From Chlorokybus atmophyticus (taxonomy: Eukaryota > Plantae > Mesostigma and Chlorokybus algae): a stretch of DNA of 64,000 nt. Below are positions 51,694 to 64,000 of the stretch, one piece after another. Each line of letters opens with the position of its first letter. The stretch's first letter is position 1. The notes beneath the pieces were generated by a model that made no database searches, had not been told where the DNA came from, and was given only the letters and a program-made list of their open reading frames with translations. The position numbers and the translations under genes are program-made. Where the stretch lies: contig RHPI01001292.1 in the NCBI GenBank assembly GCA_009103225.1, positions 352,430 through 416,429 of the forward strand. Direction: 5' to 3'.

Positions 51694-53221
51694 ATGGGGT
51701 GCAGCAGGAGTAAGCATGCTGACGGCGAGGATCACGATGGGGAACCTGCTGAGGGCGAGGAGCTTGAGCTTGAGAGGTTCTGCGGGAAGTGGTACGTGGT
51801 GGGTTCAACGCTGCCACTGTGGAGGGAGAACATGCGGCCAGCTATGGAGTACACACTGCTGCAGGGCGGCGGTGGTCGTCGCCTCAGGGACGAGGTGACC
51901 TACATGGCCCCCGGCAAGGCCGCCCTCAACCGCGTTCTGGGCGTGGACACCGTCGTGGGGCGAGGAGCCTTCGTGTGGAGAGGCGCAGGGCTGCTACGCC
52001 TCGTCTCGTCACGATGGAGAGTAGCCTACCTGGACCCAGAGTACAGATGGGCGATCTCATCCTTTCAGGTAGGTGTGCATGTTGGTCGGGGGGGTGGGGG
52101 GGTGGGCATGCACACGCACTTGTGTGCATGTGTGCGTGCGTGCATGTGCATGTGCATTCTAGTGTAGTGGTGTCAAGTGTGCATGCAGTCTCAAGTGCAT
52201 GCTTGTAAAAGTCTGTGCATTGCGCCTCATGCTGTGTATGCCAAGTTCAGTGTACATACGGGCAGCATGTACGACTACTACTACTGCTGCTGCAGCAGCG
52301 TATGCTGCAAGCTACCATGACAGTAGTAAAGCTTGTCTTCAGCAGCACTGACCAAGCTATCCAATTTGCTAGCCGAGCCCAATGCCAGCATGTACGCCTG
52401 TACACACATGGACATGCACATTGACAGAAGCAACTGAAGCAAGCTTCCATACTTGCCAGCGTTTTGACAATACAAAGACAGCATGACTTTATCCATCATA
52501 CCTACATGCAGCTTATAGCGGTACACATCCGCATTGGTCGGTGACAGCAATCAATTCAACAATACACAAACTGTGCATGTTACCCCCCGGCGCGCCATGG
52601 CTAGTGTACATAACCATTTGTCCCTGGCAGAAAACCTTGTTCACGCCTCGCGGTGTGGACATCATAGCGCGCGAGCCGCACATGCCGCAGGACCTGTACA
52701 ACGCGCTGGTGCAGAAACTGCGCGACGACCCGCATTTGAGCTTCATGGCTGAAGACATGTTCCGGCCTCAGCAGGGCGAACTTGGCGTTGTGACCACCAT
52801 CGCAGAGGTACACACATGCACACACACAGAAGGAGGCACGCACACGCACATGCACACACGTACGCATGCACATGTATTTTGTGACCCGTTGCTGTGTCCT
52901 TTGCAACACGTTTCTGGTTACGCATGTACACACACAACCTTGTATAAATGTGGCGAGATGTTGTGTCGAATTCAAAAACTCGTGTCTATTCAGGGCGACG
53001 AGAACGTGTCAGGTGGCAACACGCCCGTGGCGCGGTTCTCAACGGAAGAGAAGGGCAAAGAGGCGGCTGAGCCCACGCCTGAGCCGTCTCCGCGGCATCC
53101 GCACACAAGCACTCAACCCACAAGCCAACATCCACCACCCGCCTCGGCCGCCTCCCAACCGCGCGCAAGCCGGTTCTCTGCGAGCACAAGCGAGATCACA
53201 CCTGAGATGCCACCATTGTGA
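51694..53221 (+). CDS. Lipocalin-like protein with a predicted N-myristoylation/palmitoylation start and a Pro/Ser-rich tail
   Basis: Exons 51694-52068, 52631-52807, 52994-53221. MGCSRSK start, LERFCGKWYVVGS (lipocalin GxW motif), FVWRGAGLLRLVSSRW, WAISSFQKTLFTPRGVDIIAR. Confidence 0.75.
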
Positions 53222-54162
53222 CAAAGTGGGCTCGCCGCAGGCTGTGCTTGCAGGATTTTAGTCTGAAGGGTGAGGGCTTCATGTGGGGCTATGCACTGGT
53301 TTTGTACAGTAAGGTGGGATCTTACTGGCCAGAACTCACTGTTGGGTTACTTTGACAGGGTCGCCCACGTTGGTTCTTGCCAGCTTAGATAGAGTTGTAC
53401 CTACGAAGGGGACTTAGAAGGTGTCATTGAATGTGCAATTGGCTAGCTAGTGCCTTGCGTAGGTGTTTAGTTGATACGTGAGTGGCAGCAAACAGCTGCG
53501 GTTGTTAGATTGGGAAGCGGCGTTTCATGTGCGGGGAGAGAGTTTCTGCGATTAGTGCAGGTGTTTTGGTATTAGTGCGGAAACATCAGAGGGATTACTT
53601 GTCTTGTCTGCTTGTCGCATCACATTTGCGCGAAACAGCTGTTAATGTCAATGTCGCTGTGTACAGAAACGCACCTGATGCATGTAACATGCACGAGTGT
53701 GAGTCTTCTCTATGACTGCATGCATGAGGCCTACATTAAGATCAGATACAGACGCAATGCTTGTGCTGGAACCATATCACAATGCATCACAGCCTGCTGA
53801 TGCTTTGCTTAGACCGGCCAAGACAGGACTCAATGAGAGTACTATGCAATTGACATTATGGTGTTCAAGTCATTCCCAACAACCGCGATGTGGCTGTATT
53901 TGTAGTCAATACCAAAAATGTTGGTAACTTTTATTTGTGTGGTGCACTGAAACTGGTGTACTCAAACAAAAAGGGAAAAAATTATTTCATCGTTTGTACT
54001 GTGTTGGCCTGGCCAGGTTGCCAGTCACAATGAACAGCACACATCACGCACGCCACTACTCTACATCACACCACTATGCTACATTACACTAATTACACGC
54101 GGCTAATCAGCCTATATCAGCTACACTATGTTACAGTACCCGGTTGTGTGACCTGCAGTCAG

Positions 54163-57013
54163 CTACAGGCCTATCTCCAGTCCCGGCTGTGCATCTTGAA
54201 TCTTGCACAGCAAGCGATCCTGAGCGTAAGGCAGACGGTTGTACCCCATGTGCACAAACTGGAGTGTGCGGCAGGCCTGTACGTGATCCACACAAGAGTT
54301 AAAATGTTGACTGCTTGCACCAAAGCTGCCATTGCAGCAATGGCTCATTACAACAAAGATTTGGTTATTGACAGTAGATGCTTACCCGAATGGACTCCAG
54401 GAGGAAGCGAGCGTCCTGTATGTTGTTATTGCGCACGTCCAAGTGCGTGAGTGAGGCACTTTGCCGAACACCATGTGCAAGTGCTGTGCCACCTGCAAAG
54501 ATACTCGCCATCACCTCCTGTGTGTATGCTACAGTGGCACTACCTCAGCTGCATGGCTCGTACTCACCGTGCGGTCCAAGCATGCAGTTTGCAACGTCGA
54601 GTGTTGCCAACGGCAATTGCGGATATGCCAATGCGGCTGCAAGGGAGCGAGCAGTGCGCAGAGAAGCATAGTTGTTGGCCATAAGCAGGGCGCGCACAGG
54701 TGGCGGTGTCGTGAACCCATCATCCTCATCAGCGTCACCGTCTTCATCGTCACTAACTTCACTGACCACTTCTTCATGGATCAGACTGAGCGGCAACAAT
54801 GCGTCCACGATGTGTGCACACGCACAGTCACTAAGTCCGTTCCGTGCTACATCTAGCACCTGCAAGTCACCAGCACATGCTCAGTAACAAACAACCCATC
54901 CCAGAACATTTGCAGGCAACGCGTTCGCCATACCTCAATGCAGTTGCAGTTGCGAAGAGCCACTGCCAGGCTCGCAGCTCCAATGTCCCCCATCATCACT
55001 TTGGCCAGCGATAGCTGAACCAGGTGTGGTGCTTCAGGGAGATGCAGGGCCAGGACAGTCACTCCAGCTGCGCCCAAGGCGTTGCCTGCGCAACGGGCAT
55101 TGAGGCTGTTATATACAACGCAATGCAACAGCCTTGAAGAAGGTGATTCAAGACACTGTTGGGGGGCTTACCACAGAGGGACAGGTGCTGGATAGCTGTA
55201 TTGGGCAAAGCAGCACTCAGCGATGCAGCACCGTGCTCGTGAATATTGTTGCAATCCAAGGAAAGGGTTCGCAATGACGTGGCATGAGGCAAAGCGTCCG
55301 CAATGATGGCAGCACTGTCATCACTGCACCAAGAAGACAACAATGTCAGGACACGTGTTGTTTGCTAGCATGGCACAAGTCATGTGGCACATACTCGAGT
55401 TCAGCACTGTCCACCCGCAGTTCACGCAGCATGGAGCAGCTGCTAAGCACCTGCACACTCAGCACCATCAGCTTGGGCAAAGAACACACGACCGACAGTG
55501 TCACGTGGCAGGTACAAGCATCACATTGACATCACCAACACGGACCCGCGCAACGGCAGAGGCGCCTTCCTTGCTGATAGGGTTTTCTGACAATCGTAAA
55601 GCTTCCAAGGAGGAGTGGTCAACCAAAGCACTCAATATTATGTGTGTGGTTTCACAAGTCAGCCTGGAGACAAACATAGAACGGTCTGGTGACACACACA
55701 TCATTGTTGATCAAACATGGACTGTGTGTCTGCCTGCTTTGAGTTTGGATGCAAAGAGAGCAGCTTACTTGTTGCAATGAAGCGTGAGGATGCGCAGGTC
55801 TGTGTTTTCACGAACGACACGTGCAAGGGCCAGGGCATCAGCGCGTAGAAGCATGCGAAAGCGCCACGTAAGCTCTTCACAGGTACCAAGTGCAGCTCCA
55901 GGCACGGCTGCTGTAGCCTCGCCTTCGTCGCTAGCGTCCACATGGCTGAGACTGTCCTCGTCCGCAGTAGGAAATGTCACACGGTGGGATGAGATTAGGC
56001 GCTCGCGATAGTAGTTGTTACGCGTGTCGGCTGCACGCCACGTTAATGTTCAGCGTGCACATACTTGACTTGCGAGCTGAACTCCAACTGCTTGTCAACT
56101 CTTGCTTACGTGTTTCGGGGCGCAGGACATCAACCACATCATGTGGCCTCTCGTCGTCATCGTCGTGGTCATCAACAATGCTATACTCAGCCATGTGTGT
56201 ATGCTCCACCTTATCAGCAAGGCGCTTGACATCAGCACTGTCGAAGCTGCTGCCGTTAACGCCGGCATCGTCAATATCATCAATGATATGAGATTCACGC
56301 TGGGCGACAATTCCGCCATCAACGGTATCTGCATCATATGGGATGCTCTTGGCTTTTTGTAATGAATCGATGGCCCGCCTGTACACAAAGCCCAAAGAGG
56401 GCATCAGCAAACAAAGGAGCCTCCCATTAAGACAACTACAAATGTAAGCGTTGGCCATACATCGTCAGCCAACTGTAGCCACTACTGTAAGGGCAGATTT
56501 GTTCAAGCCATGGGTACCAGCACTAAGCCGTTACTCTGCTTGCTCGTCCTTGTGAACGAACCTGTCACAATCAGGTGCACGGGTTCGGGTTTGGACTTGA
56601 CGTAACGACAAACATATGTACAGCATGTGTGAACCAACCGTACGACAAAACCAAACCTCCCAACAAATCTGCGCATTAGCAACCTGTGCTGCTACCAATA
56701 CTACAACTGGAGTTGCAGAATCACCAGATAAAGGTGCGCTGAGCCAAGCAAGGGCTTCTAAACTTAACACGCATTCCACTATATCTGTTGTACACACGCG
56801 CACTTAAACACTCACAGACCTGAGCAGCTTCCTGGGGCCGAGCAGAGTGACACCCAAGTCAGTCTTGATCTCCTCGTCCGTGAGATGGAGGAGGCAGGCG
56901 CCGTCAACCTGTTGGCAGCGGAACGCCGCTGCGTATGGCCGCAAGCCCGGGCCCAGCCTGCTCACCCACGCCGCCACGTCCTCCGCCTCCCACGCCTCCG
57001 CCACCCCCGCCAT
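54163..57013 (-). CDS. SAM-domain plus ribonuclease-inhibitor-type leucine-rich-repeat protein
   Basis: N-terminal SAM (WEAEDVAAWVSRLG..LRPYAAAF...VDGACLLHLTDEEIKTDLGVTLLGPRKLL), acidic linker, then repeats such as LRILTLHCN, LEALRLSENPIS, LRTLSLDCNNIHEHGA, IEVLDVARNGLSD, LTHLDVRNNNIQD, LQFVHMGYNRL. Some exon borders uncertain. Confidence 0.8.
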
Positions 57014-57303
57014 GACCCCCCCGCCCAACCCCAGGGCCAAGCTTAAGCAGCAGCAGTGTCAGCTTGAAAAGCAGCTTGCTAACTAAAGCTACGCGTCGTT
57101 GTTGCAACCTATTGACACATTGCAAGGGGTAAATGCAGTCCGTTGGCTCGGCTCTAACAGTCAGGTGGAGGCTGGTTGTCAGCCGTCCGATGGAAACCCT
57201 CGCCTGAGCCGCGTCGCATCGGACGGTCGCAAATAGTATAAGCATGCTTGGGGGCCTGCGCCTGTTTAGTTTGTTGGCATTGTCGGCGTGGCCTTCGTCA
57301 GCA

Positions 57304-57340
<37 letters not shown>

Positions 57341-57596
57341 TGGTGTTGGGGACGTAGTCGCTGCTGCTGTTGAACAAGGCGCTTGCTAGACTGCTGGACG
57401 AAAAGCGGCGGTGCGGACGTTTGAGGCGGTACTTTTGCTGGAAGTTTTGCATTTTCAGAGGGAGGGGACGGTGCAAGCAGCGAGGCGTTGCAGCTGCGAG
57501 AAGCGTCTGTGGAGTGGCAGGCCTAGTGAAGCGGAGCGTTGAGGGGTTTTGCTACCCGCTGCCCGTGCGGAGGTGAGGAGGCCGTAGCGTAGCGGG

Positions 57597-57919
57597 ATGG
57601 AGGCCGCAGATGTTGTCATCAAGCCCGTAAAGAGCTTTGCCAAGGACAGCTATCGACTTGTCAAGCGGTGTACCAAGCCGGACAGAAAAGGTAAATGACT
57701 TGCACTGTGTTGAACGAGTGTGAAGCCATGTGCATGCTTGTCCTGTATTTTTTGTTGGTACAATGGCTGAAGCACATTTTGTTGGTTTGTTGTGCAGAGT
57801 TTACGAAAATCGCCTTCAGGACAGCCATTGGTTTCGTTGTCATGGGCTTCATTGGTTTCTTCGTCAAGCTGATCTTCATACCCATCAACAATATCATTGT
57901 TGGCGGTGGCGCCAGCTGA
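57597..57919 (+). CDS. SEC61G: Protein transport protein Sec61 subunit gamma
   Basis: Exons 57597-57690 and 57798-57919: ...[54 protein letters not shown]. Confidence 0.98.
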
Positions 57920-59291
57920 GTGCGATGCAGGCAGTGATTCTGGACACAAGGCAGCATTGGCATTGCAGCCGCAATGGCCCATTGGAGTCACTGTTACTCA
58001 CCGCCTCCATGTCGAGAGTGTGGGTTTGCTGGAGTTGAGAGGCGGAGCTGTCTGTCGTTGCATGCTTAGGACCTTGTTGACTGCAGCTCAAGTGTTGTGT
58101 TTGCTGTATCCGATACTTCTGGCGACATGTTGCGGACAAACTGAGTGTTGCGAGGTGCCCAGCATCTACATATTGCATAGTTCCAGATAAACTAGAATGC
58201 GTGCAGCAGATGTGTTGTGCTGTGAGCGATTACTCGCGTCAAGGAGGGAATTCTGGCTCGTACGCAGTGGTGTATGTGGAGGTGCGTTCAGGCCACTGCT
58301 GCGCTGCACATTCGTATCTGCAATCTATTTGCGACTTCCCGGCTCACCAAGGGCGTTGCAAACACTTATGCATATACGGGTTGCATGTGCAGTTGTCCCT
58401 GAGGGCCCATGTTTGCGCTTATGGAATGGCCTTGACCTCTGTGAGTTACTGATACTCGCAGCCGCTGCATATGCCAGTCATAAAGGCACGTACAGTAGTC
58501 CACATGCTGTCGCTGGTGTGATACCTTGCATGCGCTCATAGCAGCTTACCCTCCAAATTCATACATCACTTGCATTTTCTGGACATACAGGTGAATGCGA
58601 GTTGATGAGTTGGCGTGTGCCATGTGAGCGGTGTGACTTGCATGTGTGCAATCCACCTTGCACATTTGTACGGAAGTGGCTTTTCAGTGAAGCCTTCACT
58701 AAACGTCCACTAATGGGTGCATGGGGTATCACGGTACATGCAGAAGTAAGTGAGAGAATTGCAAGTAGCGCAGCAAAGACAAAGCTTCCAATTTGGCCAC
58801 GGGGTGCAGCTTACAACTACTTTCAAAACTCACACTAAACCCACTACCCTACGTGCATGCGTGAATACGTACAAAAGATGTTATGCCTCATAGGTTGCAT
58901 GCAAGGGGTGTGTGCAGCAGTGGAAGCGCGGTGCAGGCAGCGGACATGGACAAGTGGACAACATGCGGCACAGGATGGAGGGAAGGAAAGGGGCACGTCA
59001 GTCCTGCTGCATGTTGTTGGGTTTGCCAACCAATTTTGTGCGAGGACATCATACCTCATTGTTATACCATATACTCAGCTGCAAACAATGGCGACCCAGT
59101 ATGACTATCACTATGTTACCAACATCACACCTTAGCAGGTGGACCAGGGTGATGCGCCAGCAAAGAAGCTGACAAAGCCAGAAGCTCTTTGAATGTATAC
59201 GGCGGGCAATGTCTAACCAGGCTGTACAACAACAAAATGCAGTATATACAACTGTAACAGTTTCTACCTACACGCACGCATCTACTCCTAT

Positions 59292-60439
59292 CTACTGATT
59301 ATCAGGTGTGATCTCCTCCAGTGTCATCTCCATGCCTTCAAGAGTCCCACGGCGCAGGCGCGGCAGCGCACCCTCCGGGTCAAAATCCCGCAGCAGGTCT
59401 CCATCTCCCTCCCCAACCCGCTCAGATTCAAACTCGGGCTTCACGCGGCGCACGGGCACACTCACGCTGTAGATCGTACCCAATTCGGGATCACTTGAGA
59501 CCGCCAAATCAACCTGCAAACCAAAGAAGTTCACAACACAATCACACAACCCAAACAACAGTACCAAATCCTAACCATGCTCATGGAGGCAGAGGCATTG
59601 AAGCAAGAAGACTACCAGGTTTCATGTACTGACCTTGTCTTCCTTTTCAATCTCAACGTATGATGATAAAGCTCGCACAATGGAGCGCTTCATCTCGGCC
59701 ATCGAGGCCGGGGAGAGAGCGCAGCGGTCAGCGACAAGAATCATGCGCAGGCGCTTCTTCGCGCGCTCCCGAGCAGAAGACTCCACGTCCAAATCAACCA
59801 CAGGCTCCACGCTGCCCTTGGGCTTCGGGAAGAAGATCTCAATTGCCGCTTGCAGCTGCCAGCCAACAGATACGAACATATGTAAGAGCTTGCACATGAC
59901 ATAATAAGAGCACACGACAAGCTTGCAGCACTACTTCCGTCTGTTATAAGTGATTCACATAAGCCAACGCAGTACGTTGCCTAGTAAGTTCTTGTAGTCT
60001 GATGGTGGGGTTTGCGTATTTTCCAGAACGCATGAGATGACCTGCCTCAGTAGCATTACCCAAAAACTACTTTAGAGCATGTCCAAACTGGTGTGCATGC
60101 TCTCCAGGTAGTCCAGAAGGCATAACTCAGTCACCATAGAAAACTAGACTGATAATAACAAACCACACTGCTGACCTTTTCCCAGAATGTGAGCGGCTCA
60201 CGCCGCCGCTCCGGCCTGGAGTACTCCCCGTAGGCGGCTCTGGCTGCCAGGCTCCGCCGGCCCACTGATCCTGCTCGCCGCAAGACGGGCGCAGGGATCC
60301 GGGCCCGCAGCAGCTCTGACGGCCGACAGGGCCGCAGCTGCGACCATCTAGACGACAAAGACGAAGACGGCGATGGTGACGCCGCTGCAGCGGCGGCCAC
60401 ACCGGCGGACCCTCCCGCTACTGCCGCCGCCGCAGCCAT
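59292..60439 (-). CDS. minE: Plastid division topological specificity factor MinE with a transit peptide
   Basis: Ala/Ser/Arg-rich transit peptide. SARERAKKRLRMILVADRC...MKRSIVRALSSYVEIE...VDLAVSSDPELGTIYSVSVPVRRVKPEF. Confidence 0.93.
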
Positions 60440-60608
60440 GTCTTCCCAGCAACCCCTCTCAGCTCACCAACCTGCCCTCCTTTTCTCCTTTGGTCAATGC
60501 GCCCTGCGTTGCCTTTGCCACCACGACCAACCACCAAGACGATCCCCAGCCACTCCCAAGCGCCGCACCTCGCCAGCAACACCGCCGCCGCCGCCTGCCA
60601 ATCGCCGC

Positions 60609-60616
60609 AAACCCTA
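60609..60616 (+). promoter_or_regulatory. Telo-box upstream of minE
   Basis: AAACCCTA, ~170 bp upstream of the minE ATG. Confidence 0.4.
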
Positions 60617-60799
60617 GGCTGTTCGGTCCAGTCAGCAGAGTTCAGTCTGGCGTTTTGGCGGGAAGGGCACGCACACGCCAGCAATTAGATGCCAAACAAG
60701 CACTGCTGTGTGGTAGGCCTAACGTAAAGTACTGCTCAAAGTCTATGAGCTAAAATGATCACACAACGACTGCCACATGAACTGCAGCCAGCAGCGAGA

Positions 60800-63700
60800 G
60801 AAGGAAGTGTACCGACAAGTTTGGTTGATAACAATAGAGTTTTGCAAAAGTAATGTTTGTTTTTGTCATTCAATGATCACAATCCAATTGCTAAAATTAT
60901 GACGTAAACATTGCTTTCTGCACTTATGATTACATTATTGTCATGATGTGGTAATTGATGTAAGTAGTTATGTGTATATTGTTTTAATATACTCAAACGC
61001 AAAAGTCAGGTTGATTTTACACATGCGTGTTATTTTGTAACAAAACCAAAATTGTTCAAGTGCGCAATCAAAACAATTTACGAAGGATTCCAACACAGTT
61101 ATAATTGATGCGATCCATACGCAATTATTTCAATTGATACGACGTTAGCGGCTGTACACCGAGACAATGGGTTATATAAGTTTACGGTAGGTGGGCTACG
61201 TGGGTGGTTTGCAGGAGTTGCATAATCGATGCGGTAGCTAGGGAAGCCGCTTTCGTTTATTTTATAACATAATAAACATGTTATAATTGACAACACGTGT
61301 GGTACGTTTTATGATCGACATGTGAGCCATTGATCGTGTTTGCGTGCATCAAAGCTATCAACAAGCAAATAAGTGAATGCACATCAGCCAACATCAATTG
61401 CTTTTGGGACAATTTTTCTGAGCGCTTGTAACTTCCAGTGAGTAGGTTAGCACGGAGGATTATTATTATTGGGGCATGCAACCTCTGATTTAAAGGCTCT
61501 AAGTATCATGCTTTTGTAATTTTAAAAATCACACAAATAAGAGCCGATTATAAATCTTTAAATACATGCACAAAAAGCAAAGCAAAGCACAGTGAGCATC
61601 AAGCAAAAATCTGATATATTACAGTATTGTTGTGCTCCAATATTTTCCTAAAAAGCTCCGATAAGTTTTATATTTTGTTAAAAACCCGCCAATCAATGCA
61701 TTCACGTTAATAACCATTGAGATGCATAAGCTGAGCCGCTGAAAAGTTAGTAAGGGTTCGTAAGAATCTCGTGAGTTGCCCTCGCACAATGTATTTCTTT
61801 ACAAAGATTTTGTAACATTACTGTATCAAGTCTAAAAGTGCTCTGGGCTGGCCCAGGCCCAAGATATGCATTAGCAATTATATGCACGCAATCTTGCTGT
61901 GTCCAATTTACGCAAACGCAATAACTACCTTATCATAAGCGTCCCTCATATAGTACAGCATGTATCGACTACAATATGATGCACCTCACATTATTGCTAC
62001 AAACTTCAAAAGTTGTGCAGTACCACAATTTAAAACTTATAAAGCCTTACGAAAAGATATTCCCCCTATTAAGTCCAGCAGTCACATTGCCACGCATTCG
62101 ACATTATCGTTGCAGCCGTGGTGATAGAAGGTGATGTCGTGGACAAGGCAGCTTTGAACCTTGAGGCATAAAGTCGTCAGAGCTAAATACTAGTGTCATG
62201 GCCAATGTCCGCATGCAAATGGCGTTCACTCCTCCTCCTCAACAACGTCAGCACTTATATTACCGCACGCATGGACATTGGCAATGATGATGACATTCAT
62301 CTCCATAGCTGCCTTAAAGCTGACCTCATCCACGGCATCGTCTTCTACAACAACAACTGCGATGATAGCCTCCAAGTCCATATTGCGGAAACACCACAGC
62401 TCTTGAAGAAGGTTGGCGCGGCGGTCGGTGCATTCAACATTGTTACCGATTAATGCAATTCTAATTCCCACTACAATTGCCGCTTGGGCTAGATTAATCT
62501 GATGGCGGCGATTTATTGGATTCCATGTAGCTTGTGGCAAGTGGCCCATATGGGCAATAAGAGCTGCATGTGCTAAAAACAACTCATCCATGACTTTCGA
62601 ACAGGTCACGTGATGCTCCTTGCCACATCTCTTAGCGCGCATAGTGGTCTTTACACAAAACTAAAGCACTGCATGGGACATGAGCTGCACATTGACTGCA
62701 ATGTCTCTCAAAACAACTTAGGCATTAATTCCATGTTTGCTTGAACCGTGCTGATGAAGGCTCTGTCATGCACGCACACCATGAATAGGTAAATACGCTA
62801 ACTTCAAACACGTTTTCTATGTAGATTTGCAAGAGCTTTGCAAATCAACATAACAAGCGCAAGCTTCTGGCAAGCTTAGTTGTTTTTGCACAAAGTGCAC
62901 CCATTAAGCATGTCGCACAATCCGGGAGTGCACTTTTTATGTTAACAATGTTAACTTAACATTGAATGGAGCTTTTTGTGAGCTTAATTTCGTTTCATGG
63001 TATAGTAAATACTCTGAAGCCTTTAAAGCTGCTACCTTTCAAGAACTTCCGCTACTACATCACAGGAACTCCCCGCGTCTACTAGTACAGTATGGTCCTC
63101 CGCTTTACGACGGCAGGATATGGGAGTTGTTGCATCAACTCCACGCCGTATTGAAAAGAGAAGAACAATACTGAATATGAGTGCGGTTGCTAGTTTCTAA
63201 ACTCCCGTTGAGTGGATTGAAGACAAGCGCGCTATCAGCTACGCCACGAGTATGCGACGAAAGCGACCAATGTGGAGAAGAGCATTATTACTAAACCAGC
63301 GCGTCCCACCGCGGTAGCCGAAGATGCTTGTGACAGTGCTCGTGCCTTGCTACCTGTGAGCTGGTCCAATCAACAACCCTCTCACCAAGACACGGTATTC
63401 ACACCAGAACCTTGCCCCCTCTGCCAAGCACACACACGCGCCCCGCCACTCACGTGCGCACGCGCATGCGCTCGAAGCTACACACCGACTTGTGTAGCGC
63501 CTTGGATCGTCACACAAGCAAGCATACACCGGTGGGCACACGCTAGCAACCCTTGCTAACCACCACCAAGCTTGCACACAAGAAACTAGGGAGCTAAAGG
63601 TTGTATTGCAAATTGTAGAATGTCACTTTTATACCTACCAGTCTGCACATGCTACTGTCTAGACGATTCTAGCGCTAGACGGACCTAGAAGCTAAGATAT

Positions 63701-64000
63701 TCTTGCAGAATCTTGTAGTACACTTCTAGACCTTTCCAACGCACCAAAGATCTCCTAATTTGCTGCTCATATGGTCAAGTTATACTACTTGGCGCCAGGC
63801 CCTTCCAGAAATCTGGTCGAGCCCTTCTCGACTGGCCCTCCGTTTTCTGGCACCTTCCGGACTGGTCTTGGGGCCCCGGTCGATATCCGCGGCAGACTCA
63901 TAACTCGCCGATATCCGCCACAAGTCATTAAAAACATGTACCTTACAAATAAGGCCTAAAACGGCCATGAAAATCACAGAATTTGGCCTTGACTGTTACA
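60800..64000. other. AT-rich, gene-free, probably repeat/transposon-derived DNA
   Basis: Sharp drop in GC, only short stop-riddled ORFs, CTAG-rich tail at 63540-63730. No diagnostic transposase or RT motif recognised. Confidence 0.35.

Noticed and set aside
62100-62650. Overlapping ORFs on both strands with vague ATPase- or transposase-like wording
   Set aside because: No intact Walker A, DDE or RT motif, and frequent stops in the flanks. Cannot be assigned without a search.

Overview
Eukaryotic nuclear DNA from a green-plant-lineage alga. The taxon is an inference: plant-type LpxC, SERAT3-type serine acetyltransferase, nuclear MinE, plastid DPE1, a Pollen Ole e 1 domain and AAACCCTA telo-boxes point to a streptophyte alga. 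About 14 spliced genes were reconstructed by hand from GT-AG junctions and reading phase: serine acetyltransferase (+), PRP8 (-), a small conserved unknown (-), VPS37 (+), a long low-complexity hypothetical (-), a CaaX-terminated coiled-coil protein (+), LpxC (-), a secreted Ole e 1 / heparinase II-III-type lyase fusion (+), DPE1 with an N-terminal CBM45 (-), BUB3 (-), U-box cyclophilin PPIL2/CYP65 (+), a myristoylated lipocalin-like protein (+), a SAM-LRR protein (-), SEC61 gamma (+) and MinE (-). Two ~280-nt dinucleotide runs sit next to single Ns (probable assembly joins). Both window ends look repeat-derived. Three observations stand out. (1) A spliced upstream ORF with 11 Cys in 14 codons lies in the leader of the cysteine-pathway enzyme SAT, a candidate cysteine-sensing translational switch. 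(2) A plant Ole e 1 domain is fused to a bacterial-type polysaccharide lyase. (3) A GWD-like CBM45 module is fused in frame to DPE1. All family assignments come from recalled motifs, with no database search. Exon boundaries are predictions, not transcript-supported.
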